Positions 1 through 8,470 of a stretch of 27,630 nt of DNA are shown one piece after another. Position numbers and translations under genes: made by a program. Positions within the stretch are counted from its first letter, which is position 1; the number at the start of each line of letters is the position of its first letter. This DNA is from Candidatus Fraserbacteria bacterium (GTDB lineage: Bacteria > Bipolaricaulota > Bipolaricaulia > RBG-16-55-9), in contig JBBIPG010000031.1 in assembly GCA_037442925.1 (NCBI GenBank), positions 1 through 27,630 on the forward strand, given 5' to 3'. Below the pieces are notes generated by a model. That model did no database searches. It saw nothing but the letters and a program-made list of their open reading frames with translations, and was not told the origin of the DNA.

Positions 1-206
1 GAGCCTGAAAGATCGCGGTGCAAAGCTTGAAAAGCTCATGGGAGTGCAGTCATTCTGGTTTGCCTGGCTGGCATTCCATCCGAGGACGGAACTCTTCATT
101 GGCGAGCAGCATCCATGAGCGCTGCTTCAATGTCAGCCACGATGTGAGCATCGCTTCGTGCGTCGAGCGCATCACTTTGACTGTCGGCTTGAGGGCCAAG
201 TGAGCC

Positions 207-431
207 TCAGCCCTGCTCTAGAGTGCGGATCTCCTCTTCGACCTCAGAGAGCTCCTTTTCCAGATCCTTCTTGTACTCGAGGAGCTCTTCGCGATAGGCT
301 TTGAGCATCTCAAGATATTCACCGCGTCGGGGGAATCCCCAGCTGTGGAATCTGCGCCAGCCGCCCGGCCCAAAGTAAAAAGCTCCCAAGGGCGGAAACC
401 CGAAGCCGAACCAGAAGTGCTTCCTCCTCAT
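207..431 (-). CDS. Small protein, DUF5320-like (Gly/aromatic-rich N-terminus, coiled-coil C-terminus)
   Basis: 74 aa from the second ATG (431), which has GGAGG upstream. FGFGFPP..GPGGWRR is followed by the heptad-like EELLEYKKDLEKELSEVEEEI. Confidence 0.7.
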   Translation of the reverse strand: MRRKHFWFGFGFPPLGAFYFGPGGWRRFHSWGFPRRGEYLEMLKAYREELLEYKKDLEKELSEVEEEIRTLEQG

Positions 432-478
432 GCTTCTTCCTCCTAGCCCCATCCAGCCGGCTCGCCTTGAATGACAGT

Positions 479-507
479 ATTGTAAGCCGGCTTACAGACC
501 GAGGCAA
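479..507 (-). promoter_or_regulatory. Sigma70-type promoter TTGCCT-N17-TACAAT for the 431 gene
   Basis: Minus-strand hexamers at 507-502 and 484-479 with a 17-bp spacer; overlapped by the 481-496 palindrome. Confidence 0.5.
481..496. promoter_or_regulatory. Operator palindrome TGTAAG-N4-CTTACA (copy 1)
   Basis: TGTAAGCCGGCTTACA, a perfect palindrome; TACATT at 520-525 lies 23 bp downstream. Confidence 0.8.
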
Positions 508-535
508 GAGCCTTTCAGCTACATTTTAAAAAGGG

Positions 536-694
536 ATGATTCGGGCAGAAAATCTGACCAAGAGCTACAAGATGGGCAGAGTGGAGGTAAAAGCGCTTGA
601 TGGGGTGAGTCTCTCCATTCAGCCGGGGGAGTTTCTGGCCGTTATGGGGCCGTCGGAAAGATTACCGGCATCCGTGAATGAATATAGAGCGTGA
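536..694 (+). pseudogene. N-terminal fragment of a LolD/MacB-type ABC ATPase, truncated inside Walker A
   Basis: Translates MIRAENLTKSYKMGRVEVKALDGVSLSIQPGEFLAVMGPS, then unrelated ERLPASVNEYRA*. The expected GSGKST is missing. Not in the ORF track. Confidence 0.85.
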
Positions 695-1385
695 TGTTCC
701 ACAAGAATGCCCTGTGTGTAAGAAGTTTCCCCCTTGTCTTGCTGTCTTTGCAAAGCTTAAGCCAACAGACCTCGCTTGGCTCCAAAGGATCTCTAATTCC
801 CTCTTCCTTGAGAAAGATCAGAGTATCTTCGTGCAGGGCGGCCTGGCCCACGAAGTCTTCATCCTCTGTCAGGGCAAGGTTCAGCTGATCCGGAGTGAGA
901 ACGGGCAGACTCGAGCAGTGCAATTCCTTCGTGCGGGAGACGTCGTTGGCACTGCAGCACTGATGGGTCAATCGCACCATTATACGTGTGCTGTGGCTTT
1001 GGAAGCATCTTGCGTACGGCTCATCCCTGTGGGCGATTTCCGTGAGCTTTGCGACCGTTCGCCCGCGGCAGCCCGGAGCGTCTTGGACAATTTGGCCAGC
1101 CAGCTCGAGCGCTCCCGCAAGTTTGCTTATACTCTTCTAAGAAGTGGGTCAAGAGGAAAAGTGATAGGTCTTCTTCTCGAACTCAGCGATATCTATGGGC
1201 AGCGGACAGGTCAAAACGGCGTGGAGATCAAGGCGAGGTTTACGGATAGCCATCTGGCGAGGATGATCGGCCTCTCTCGCGAGATGACCAACCGTCAACT
1301 CAATAACCTCAAAAGTCGGGGACTGATCTTGCGGAAAGACCATCGATGGACAATCTTGGATGAAGAAGGTCTCAAGCAACTCTGA
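678..1385 (+). CDS. Crp/Fnr family regulator with N-terminal Cx2Cx5C
   Basis: cNMP-binding-like domain, C-terminal HTH (LARMIGLSREMTNRQL), and CPVCKKFPPC. Confidence 0.9.
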   Translation: MNIERDVPQECPVCKKFPPCLAVFAKLKPTDLAWLQRISNSLFLEKDQSIFVQGGLAHEVFILCQGKVQLIRSENGQTRAVQFLRAGDVVGTAALMGQSHHYTCAVALEASCVRLIPVGDFRELCDRSPAAARSVLDNLASQLERSRKFAYTLLRSGSRGKVIGLLLELSDIYGQRTGQNGVEIKARFTDSHLARMIGLSREMTNRQLNNLKSRGLILRKDHRWTILDEEGLKQL

Positions 1386-1402
1386 AAGAGGGTTCGGTTG
1401 GT

Positions 1403-1440
1403 TGTGAAAAAATGCACAATCATTTGTGACTGATAGACCA
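1403..1440 (+). promoter_or_regulatory. CRP-type box TGTGA-N6-GCACA (1403-1418) plus a second half-site TGTGA (1425-1429)
   Basis: Near-consensus CRP box directly after the Crp/Fnr gene. Candidate -10 boxes are TAAATT (1454) and TAAACT (1464). Confidence 0.6.
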
Positions 1441-1501
1441 TAGTTAAGCATGTTAAATTGATGTAAACTCATGCCATCGCATCCGAAGGAGGTGTAAGGT
1501 T

Positions 1502-1783
1502 ATATTAGCTCGCGTTACTCGCTGGCTCAGCGTCATCGCAGTCGGTGTAGTTTTGGTGGGTGGGTCACTTCTACCTGAAGTGATCTTGGATCAAACTGGG
1601 GTACCAACGTTTTACAACAGCAATGAAGCACAAGCAGCAACATGGTGCACTACACATTACGTACGGGTGCCCATAGGTTCATGGCACATCCCCATCTTCG
1701 TTTGGAGAGTCCATACGGAGCTCCAGCCAGTCACATGGTGTTTCCAGCATACCGGTGGCGGTGGCGGCTTCGAAGAATTCTAA
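1502..1783 (+). CDS. Small secreted peptide with two TWC motifs; probable non-canonical ATA start
   Basis: SD AAGGAGGT at 1486-1493 is 8 nt before in-frame ATA 1502. This adds the signal-like (M)LARVTRWLSVIAVGVVLVGGSLL. AQA motif precedes ATWC. Confidence 0.6.
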   Translation: MLARVTRWLSVIAVGVVLVGGSLLPEVILDQTGVPTFYNSNEAQAATWCTTHYVRVPIGSWHIPIFVWRVHTELQPVTWCFQHTGGGGGFEEF

Positions 1784-1803
1784 ACAAGCAAACTCCAGAT
1801 CGA

Positions 1804-1835
1804 GGAGGAGCCGCAAGTTCTACGGCGGCTCCTCC
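1804..1835 (+). terminator. Intergenic stem-loop GGAGGAGCCGC-N10-GCGGCTCCTCC (no U tract)
   Basis: Perfect 11-bp stem 20 nt after the peptide stop codon. Confidence 0.55.
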
Positions 1836-1866
1836 CTAGCAAGACAGCGATATCGAGGTAGAGCGC

Positions 1867-3600
1867 ATGTTAATCATAAAGATTTGTGTAGGGTTGCTTG
1901 CCTCTCTTACTTTGATTCTCGCTGCTTCGCTCAGTGTCTTTGGGCAATCTAAAGAACTCGGTCCTCCCTGGCTCAAAGAGATAGGAACCCCAGGCGGCGA
2001 ACTCAACATCCCCATCTTTGCCAAGCTCAAGACTCTCAATCCAATCATCTCTGTTCTTGATGAACTCGATATTCTCCTCCATGCTCATCTCCTCGAATTC
2101 AATCCAGCCACCGGTGAATTAGAGCCTGCTTTAGCTGCAAGCTACGAGATCTCAGCAGATGGCAAGACCCTTACGTTTGTCCTCCGAGAGGGCCTACACT
2201 GGTCAGATGGCCAGCCCTTCAGTGTTGAAGACGTCGAGTTCACTTATCGCGACCTCGTCTTTAATCCAAGCATCCCGGCGGTCAATCGAGAGCTGTTCCT
2301 TATTGATGGCCGGCTGCCGGAGGTCGTTGTGCAAGACCACCGAACGTTCAGCTTGAAGTTCCCCAGACCGGATTGGAGTGCCTTGACAGTGATCGCCACT
2401 CAGGTGATTGTCCCGAAGCATCTGCTTCAGGACAAGGCTTCCCCAGATGGTTTTCCCAACGCTTGGTCCTTGGAGACTCCTCCAGAGCAAATCGTGGGGA
2501 TGGGGCCGTTCCGGCTTGTCGAGCTCATCCCCGGTGAGCGAGTCATCCTCAAACGAAACGAGTTTTATTGGAAAGTCGATCCAACGGGACAGAGGCTTCC
2601 CTATGTAGACAGGGTAAACGCTTGGTTCAATGTCGATCGTGAGGCGGCTTTGCAGCGACTACAGGTTGGTCAGATCGATTTCCTCGTCCCCTCTCAGCAG
2701 GGGCTGCAAACCTTGCTCCGGAGCCACGACAATCAAGTGCAGCTCACCTTCGGGGGGTCTGACCTCTCCTTCAATCTACTCGCCTTTAACCTCGACATCG
2801 GTGATGAGGACTTGCGAAGAGTCTTTCGTTCTCCGCTGTTTCGGCAAGCGATTTCCCATGCCATCAATCGACAGAAGGTTGTCAAGGACGTCCAGGGAGG
2901 ACTGGCTGTAGAACGGTTCAATCCCGTTCACCCTGATTCGCCGTTCTTCATCAACGATTTGCCGCAATTCATCTTCGATTTGAACCAGGCACAGGAAAAA
3001 CTGAATCAACTGGGACTCACGGATACAGATGGAGACGGCCTCCTGAACTTGACTGCCAATAAGCAGTTTCGGTTTAAGTTGCTTGTGAATTTTGAGAGCG
3101 CTACTCGCGTCGCTATCGCGGAGTTGTTGCGTGAAGATCTTGGCAAATTGGGCATCGCCGTGCAGACCGAGTTGGTATCCTTTGAGGAGCTACAGCGTCG
3201 GCTTTTCAATCCAGATCCGCTATTTAATCTCTTTGGCCCAGCCTTTGAGGCAGTCGTAGTAGGCTTTGTAGGAACAACAGACCCACAGCCGCTCGATCGG
3301 CTTTATGCAACTGAAGGTCCACTGCAGTTCTATCACTTCACTGCTTTGGAAGAACCATTCGCCTATGAGCGACGGATCGACGAGATCTTCCGCGAGGCAG
3401 CTATGACGTTCGATGTCCAGCGACGTCAAGAGCTCTTTGCGGAATTTCAGATGATCGTGGCCGAGCAATTGCCTGTAATCTTGATCACAAGCCCAGCGTT
3501 TGTCGTAGCTGTAAGTCGCGAACTGGGCAATATAGGAGCTACCAAAGCCATCAGTGGAGATGGCCCCATTGATTTGATCGACGTTCTGTTCATTAAATAA
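1867..3600 (+). CDS. ABC transporter substrate-binding protein, family 5 (oligopeptide/nickel)
   Basis: Signal peptide; LEPALAASYEIS, LREGLHWSDGQPFSVEDVEFT, GMGPF and FRQAISHAINR motifs. Confidence 0.92.
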   Translation: MLIIKICVGLLASLTLILAASLSVFGQSKELGPPWLKEIGTPGGELNIPIFAKLKTLNPIISVLDELDILLHAHLLEFNPATGELEPALAASYEISADGKTLTFVLREGLHWSDGQPFSVEDVEFTYRDLVFNPSIPAVNRELFLIDGRLPEVVVQDHRTFSLKFPRPDWSALTVIATQVIVPKHLLQDKASPDGFPNAWSLETPPEQIVGMGPFRLVELIPGERVILKRNEFYWKVDPTGQRLPYVDRVNAWFNVDREAALQRLQVGQIDFLVPSQQGLQTLLRSHDNQVQLTFGGSDLSFNLLAFNLDIGDEDLRRVFRSPLFRQAISHAINRQKVVKDVQGGLAVERFNPVHPDSPFFINDLPQFIFDLNQAQEKLNQLGLTDTDGDGLLNLTANKQFRFKLLVNFESATRVAIAELLREDLGKLGIAVQTELVSFEELQRRLFNPDPLFNLFGPAFEAVVVGFVGTTDPQPLDRLYATEGPLQFYHFTALEEPFAYERRIDEIFREAAMTFDVQRRQELFAEFQMIVAEQLPVILITSPAFVVAVSRELGNIGATKAISGDGPIDLIDVLFIK

Positions 3601-3614
3601 GGAAGGAGGAGTCA

Positions 3615-4454
3615 ATGGGAATGATCCTCAAGCGGCTGATGATGCTTCCGGCTTTCGCTATCTTGTTCCTAGTGGGCGCAAGTCTGGCTCAAGAGACCCC
3701 CGTTTTACTAGAGACGGGGCAATTCAAAATGGTCATCAACGATGCCTTTGAGGCAGCCGTAGAGGACTACCGCCTCGAACAGTTGGAGAACAAACAAATC
3801 CGCGTCACTTCTCAAGGAGTGGTTAAGTCACTCGACCGGCTTCCTCCGGAGTTGAATTTCCTGCGCGCGGAAGTGATCCTGCAAGGCCCATTCTCCGAGG
3901 AGATTCTGCTCACAGAAGAGTGGGAGTTTCGTCGCTATTCGGCTCGATTCACTACGGTGACCGGAGGGACCCTAGAGATTGAGTCTGAATTTGACGGCAT
4001 CCTGCTGAGAACGGCAGCCCGACAGGGAGATCAGACGGCCACAGTGAGCCGGATCATCGAAGGGGATCTCATCCTCGATCCGAGAGGGACTCTAGTCTTC
4101 CCGCTGATCTTGGTCAAGAGACTCGAGCATCGAGGACAGACTGCTCCATGGAACGTCTTCTCCTTTACTCCTGTGGGATTCCGGTTTCCTCCTCAACAAC
4201 TGGAGATTCGCAAGATCGAAGGAGTCATCTTGAAGACGGAGGAGGGTTCTCTGCCGGCTGAACGTTATCGAATCTTCGAGTCCGGAAGCGCGATTCAAGT
4301 AGAAACGGACCTGCTCGTTCGCGAGGGGAATATGGTAGGGCTATTCGTCTTCTCCGATGAGCCTGACCCCAACCCTGATCTGAAAGTCCTCGTATTTCGC
4401 AGTGATCTCTTCCCCAAGGGTTTTCAGGTCCAAGAGTCTGCTTCGGGCTCTTAA
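3615..4454 (+). CDS. Secreted hypothetical protein (beta-rich)
   Basis: SD AAGGAGGAG; signal peptide ending ASLA; 279-aa ORF in operon context. Confidence 0.8.
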   Translation: MGMILKRLMMLPAFAILFLVGASLAQETPVLLETGQFKMVINDAFEAAVEDYRLEQLENKQIRVTSQGVVKSLDRLPPELNFLRAEVILQGPFSEEILLTEEWEFRRYSARFTTVTGGTLEIESEFDGILLRTAARQGDQTATVSRIIEGDLILDPRGTLVFPLILVKRLEHRGQTAPWNVFSFTPVGFRFPPQQLEIRKIEGVILKTEEGSLPAERYRIFESGSAIQVETDLLVREGNMVGLFVFSDEPDPNPDLKVLVFRSDLFPKGFQVQESASGS

Positions 4455-4472
4455 CATGCCCCAGATAGAGAC

Positions 4473-5762
4473 ATGGTTCAGTTGGGATGGTCCAATATCC
4501 GTGCTCACAAGCTGCGCAGCAGTTTGGCTGTTCTCATGATTGCGGTAGGGATCGGCACGGTGATCGCCATCGTGACCGTGGCCGAGGGACAGAAGCAGGC
4601 TCTGCTGAATGCGCTGGCGGAGTTCTATCGTGCCGATGTCATTTACATGAAGGGCGCTCAAAGCGGGGAGCGGTTGACTCTCCAGGTGCCCCGTGTCTTC
4701 TCTGAGCGGGATGCTCAGCGCATCGCTCAGCTCAAGGACGTTAAGGCAGTGGGGCTGGCCGGACAGCTCGAAGGGGCAGTCTTAGCCTATCAGGGCACGC
4801 CCCTGCCGGTAGGTCGCGTCATGGCTAGCTTTAATCTCAGTAGCTTCTTCGGTCTAGAGCAGGGCAGATTTCCCCAAGCGAAAGGCGAAATCGTCCTGGG
4901 GCATTTTGTCGCGGAAGAACTGCAAACGATCTCCCATATAGACTCAGCACTGGGGCAGATTCTCACCCTCAAATATCTTGAAAACGGGCAGATTCTGGAA
5001 GACCGGCTGCAAGTGGTGGGCGTCTTCAAGAGAGTGCCCGTCAATCCGGATCAGCTGGGACTAAGCGGAGTTCAGGGCACCGATGCGTATGTCTCTATGG
5101 AGTATCTGGCCCCGAATCAGACGATCGAGGGTCAAAAGATCCGCTTCGTGGAAGAGTTGTTCATCCAAGTTAAGACCGTGCAGAACTTGAAAGCCGTCAG
5201 AGAGCAAGCTCAAAAGCTGTTGATGAATAATCCAACCAGCGACTTCATGAAATTGATAGAGAAGTTAATTCAGGGCAAGAGGTCGATAGGCTTAGGCTTT
5301 GGGGTTCGGGTTCAAGAAGATGTGGCCAAGGGGATAAGTGAGGCGATCTTTCGCGTGGCCGGCTTTGTAAGTGCCATTGGGAGCTTTGCCTTACTAGTAG
5401 GGCTTCTAGGAATTACGGCCGTCATGATCATCAGTGTGACCGAGCGCACCCGCGAGATTGGGATTCTGCGGGCGATCGGGGCCTCGCGCTCAGCCGTCAT
5501 GCGCTTATTTCTTGCAGAAGCAGTAATTCTCTGTGTGGTGGGGGCTGGCTTAGCCATCGGCTTTGGGATGGCAGCCTCTTCTGTGGTGAAAGGCTTAATG
5601 ACGCTCTTTCTAGAGACGGACTTGGAGATCCCGTTTGTCTTCCTTCCCGGCTGGTACGCGATCGCTTTGTTCACCGGAGTCTTCATGGGCCTACTGGGCG
5701 GCCTCTACCCCTCTTGGCGGGCGGCGCGAGTCGATCCCATCGAAGCCCTGCGCTATGAATGA
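4473..5762 (+). CDS. ABC transporter permease, MacB/FtsX family
   Basis: HKLRSSL N-terminus, SVTERTREIGILRAIGA, and C-terminal YPSWRAARVDPIEALRYE. Confidence 0.95.
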   Translation: MVQLGWSNIRAHKLRSSLAVLMIAVGIGTVIAIVTVAEGQKQALLNALAEFYRADVIYMKGAQSGERLTLQVPRVFSERDAQRIAQLKDVKAVGLAGQLEGAVLAYQGTPLPVGRVMASFNLSSFFGLEQGRFPQAKGEIVLGHFVAEELQTISHIDSALGQILTLKYLENGQILEDRLQVVGVFKRVPVNPDQLGLSGVQGTDAYVSMEYLAPNQTIEGQKIRFVEELFIQVKTVQNLKAVREQAQKLLMNNPTSDFMKLIEKLIQGKRSIGLGFGVRVQEDVAKGISEAIFRVAGFVSAIGSFALLVGLLGITAVMIISVTERTREIGILRAIGASRSAVMRLFLAEAVILCVVGAGLAIGFGMAASSVVKGLMTLFLETDLEIPFVFLPGWYAIALFTGVFMGLLGGLYPSWRAARVDPIEALRYE

Positions 5763-5929
5763 GACGTGCTGCGCATGGAGTCTATTCCCGGCTTGATCTA
5801 AGATGGCGTTCTGTGGCCCGTGTGCCACCTTAGGACATGCGATGCGATCTGTATCACTCTGTATCACTTACAAGGGGAAAGCCTGTCTTTGGCGTGCGGA
5901 GCCCCCTGAGGTTGATCGCCCAGGGAACT

Positions 5930-6487
5930 CTAATATTTGTATCCCTTGGCTTCTTCTTCCGTGAACTCTACTCCGAGTCCTTCCGCCACCCGGTTGACGA
6001 AGTTGAAGTAGCTGGTAATCAGATTGATAGTAAGAATCTCTTCGTCACTGAATCCCGCTTGCCGCAGTTTTTCGACATCCGGATGGTTCATGCTGGCGGG
6101 ATTACGCGTAAGCTTGCTGGCATAGTCCAGCATCGCTCGATCTTTCGCCTCCAGGGGCGCTTGGGTGTAATCTTGTTGAATCTTAGCCAAAAGACTCTCA
6201 TCTTGGACATAGGAGCGTAAGGCTTCACTGTGATGCCGGACGCAATAAGCACAGCCATTGAGGGCCGAGACCACGGTTGCCAAGAGTTCTCGCTGGCGCC
6301 GACCTAGGCCGGAAGACCCGAACATGATGGTCCGATAGAGATTCAGATGCGCCTTCATCGCTTCGGGCTGAAGGCTGTGCACTTTCATGATGTTTGCGAT
6401 CTTGCCACGGGCTCTTTTGATCTCTTCGTAGTACGCCTTAAGCTGGCCTTCGGCTGAAGCTTCCTCTATCACCCGAATCCAGGCCAT
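5930..6487 (-). CDS. Peroxidase-related enzyme, AhpD/CMD family
   Basis: RELLATVVSALNGCAYCVRHH, and SYFNFVNRVAEGLG. Confidence 0.92.
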   Translation of the reverse strand: MAWIRVIEEASAEGQLKAYYEEIKRARGKIANIMKVHSLQPEAMKAHLNLYRTIMFGSSGLGRRQRELLATVVSALNGCAYCVRHHSEALRSYVQDESLLAKIQQDYTQAPLEAKDRAMLDYASKLTRNPASMNHPDVEKLRQAGFSDEEILTINLITSYFNFVNRVAEGLGVEFTEEEAKGYKY

Positions 6488-6513
6488 ACAGAATCACCTC
6501 ATTCGCACACAAC

Positions 6514-6556
6514 AGTCTAGCCTTGCCTCTAGCGAATGACCGTAGGCGTGCTTACA
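6514..6556 (-). promoter_or_regulatory. Operator copy 2 (6541-6556) with -10 TAGACT 21 bp downstream, for the peroxidase gene
   Basis: CGTAGGCGTGCTTACA on +; agtcta at 6514-6519 reads TAGACT on the minus strand. Confidence 0.75.
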
Positions 6557-6575
6557 GAAACGGGTTGATCGTGCG

Positions 6576-7280
6576 TCAAGTCAGTTGTTTGAGACGCTCG
6601 ACATCCCGGACGATGATGATTCCTCGCTGTTTGCGCAGCAGCCCTTGGCGCTCCAGTTCACCCAGTGCCAGGGAAGTCGTCTCACGGGTGGAGCCGATCA
6701 GATGGGCCAATTCCTCATGGGTGAGTTTAAGACCAATGCGCACGCCATCGGCTTCGGACTCGCCATGCTTTTGGACCAGTTGCAGAAGTGTCCGCGCGAG
6801 GCGGGCGTTCACCCCCTTAAAGAGCAAGTCCTCGAGCTTGTTCTCGATCTCAACTAAGCGCTCTCCAAGCAGCTTCGTGATCTTCAAGGCCAAACGAGGA
6901 TTGTTCTGAGCCAGCCGGAGAAAGTCGCCCTTGTGGATGATACATACCACCGTGTCCTCGAGCGTCTCGGCGATCCAGCGACGTTTCTGCTCACCCGTTA
7001 TGGCCGTCTCTCCGAAGAGTTCACCTGGATTGATGATGGTCAATGTCAAGCGGCGTCCGCTCTCATCGAGATAGGCCAAGCGCACGCGACCATGATGGAG
7101 CGTGTAGAGCGTGTCGCTGGGATCTCCAGGAAAGTACACAGTTTCGCCCGCTCGATACGCAACAGAGCGCATGGTGCGCCGGAGTTCCTCACGCTCTTGG
7201 GGGGTCAGCACATCGACGAAATTGAAATTCTCCACACACCAGAAGCGACGGGCCACATCGCCTTGTAGATGGAGCTTCAT
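6576..7280 (-). CDS. Crp/Fnr family transcriptional regulator
   Basis: Likely start is ATG 7280 (MKLHLQ, purine-rich SD). PGELFGE cNMP-like motif; HTH LTHEELAHLIGSTRETTSLAL. Confidence 0.92.
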   Translation of the reverse strand: MKLHLQGDVARRFWCVENFNFVDVLTPQEREELRRTMRSVAYRAGETVYFPGDPSDTLYTLHHGRVRLAYLDESGRRLTLTIINPGELFGETAITGEQKRRWIAETLEDTVVCIIHKGDFLRLAQNNPRLALKITKLLGERLVEIENKLEDLLFKGVNARLARTLLQLVQKHGESEADGVRIGLKLTHEELAHLIGSTRETTSLALGELERQGLLRKQRGIIIVRDVERLKQLT

Positions 7281-7372
7281 CCTCACCCACCCTCTTTCCT
7301 GACCAGCTACAACTACCCAGTATCGTTTGTATTGGAACCCTTTGCAACTCTGAGTTTCTTTGCTCATCCGTT

Positions 7373-7415
7373 CGTAAGGGGGCTTACAGATTTCGAGGGC
7401 TGTCGTGGGTAACGT
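7373..7415 (+). promoter_or_regulatory. Operator copy 3 (7373-7388) with -10 TAACGT (7410-7415)
   Basis: CGTAAGGGGGCTTACA, 21-bp gap, then TAN3T. Confidence 0.75.
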
Positions 7416-7450
7416 GAATGAGTGATGAATAGAGACCCCCGAGCTTCCTC

Positions 7451-7499
7451 TCACCTACAGTCCCCCGGTGGTGCCGCCGCCCCACCGGGGGGCTGCCCC
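7451..7499 (+). repeat. Conserved leader hairpin, copy A
   Basis: 14-bp stem CAGTCCCCCGGTGG/CCACCGGGGGGCTG; similar to 16695-16745 on the minus strand. Confidence 0.65.
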
Positions 7500-7605
7500 T
7501 CATCCCATCGCTGCTTCACAACTTATACAAGCGTTATCAGCGTACTGCAAGCGGGGTTGAGAAGAGGAAAAGCCGGACGGAACGGAAACAGAAGGAGTTG
7601 GTTTC

Positions 7606-8373
7606 ATGGATCGGGAAGGACGCAAGCGCGAACAGTTACGGGAACACATCATGGCCGAACGGATGAAGATTCGCCAGCACCTGGAGCAGGAGCGCGGGAC
7701 CAAAGTCATCACGCTCATCCATCGCAAGGAGCCTTGGGTAGAGTTGGGCGAAGAAGGCAGCATCGTCATCGAAGACAGCGAGAAAGTATTGATGGAGATT
7801 CACAAGACCCCCAAGGATCGTCCGATTGATCTCATTTTACACACACCAGGTGGCCTCGTGTTGGCAGCGGAGATGATCGCATCGGCGCTCAAGAAGCATC
7901 CGGCGAAGGTCACGGCCATCGTGCCCTTCTATGCCATGAGCGGGGGCACGTTGATCGCCTTGGCCGCCGATGAGATCCTCATGGAAGATTTTTCGGTCTT
8001 AGGCCCGCTGGACCCGCAAATCCACGGCATGGCTTCCGGGGCTATTCTCACTCTGATGCAGAAGAAGCCGATGGAAGCCGTTAGTGACGAGATGGTGATC
8101 TTGGCAGACTTGGCAGAGAAGGCCATAAGAGAGGTCAAAGCGTACATCCACTGGCTATTGGCAGACAAGAAGCTAGAGGAGAAAGAACGAGAGCTGGTGG
8201 CAGAGTTTCTTGTGGGAGGCTATGTAGCGCACGACCAGCCTCTTTCCTTTGAGACGATGCAGGAGTTTGGGATTCCGGTGGTTAAGGGCGTGCCAGAGCT
8301 GGTCTATCAGTTGTTTGAGACGTGTGAGTTTGGGGACTGCCATCGGCCCCAGACAGCGATTTTCCTCTGGTAG
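7606..8373 (+). CDS. SDH_sah family (ClpP/crotonase-fold) serine protease
   Basis: IDLILHTPGG, AMSGGTLIALAADEI and LGPLDPQ motifs; SD AAGGAG. Confidence 0.88.
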   Translation: MDREGRKREQLREHIMAERMKIRQHLEQERGTKVITLIHRKEPWVELGEEGSIVIEDSEKVLMEIHKTPKDRPIDLILHTPGGLVLAAEMIASALKKHPAKVTAIVPFYAMSGGTLIALAADEILMEDFSVLGPLDPQIHGMASGAILTLMQKKPMEAVSDEMVILADLAEKAIREVKAYIHWLLADKKLEEKERELVAEFLVGGYVAHDQPLSFETMQEFGIPVVKGVPELVYQLFETCEFGDCHRPQTAIFLW

Positions 8374-8390
8374 CTTCTGACACGCCATTG

Positions 8391-8434
8391 TGTAAGGCGG
8401 CTTACGGACGCCCTGAACCACATCACGCTACGCT
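8391..8434 (+). promoter_or_regulatory. Operator copy 4 (8391-8406) with -10 TACGCT (8429-8434)
   Basis: TGTAAGGCGGCTTACG, 22-bp gap. Confidence 0.75.
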
Positions 8435-8470
8435 AGATCATTAAATCAATCAAGGAGAGTGTTCGATAGC

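Noticed and set aside
1..203. ORF 18-203 and short minus-strand frames
   Set aside because: No recognisable motif or SD; cannot be supported at the window edge.
5848..5872. 10-bp tandem repeat TCTGTATCAC x2 ending in a CTTACA half-site
   Set aside because: Only two units, between convergent genes, with no promoter context.
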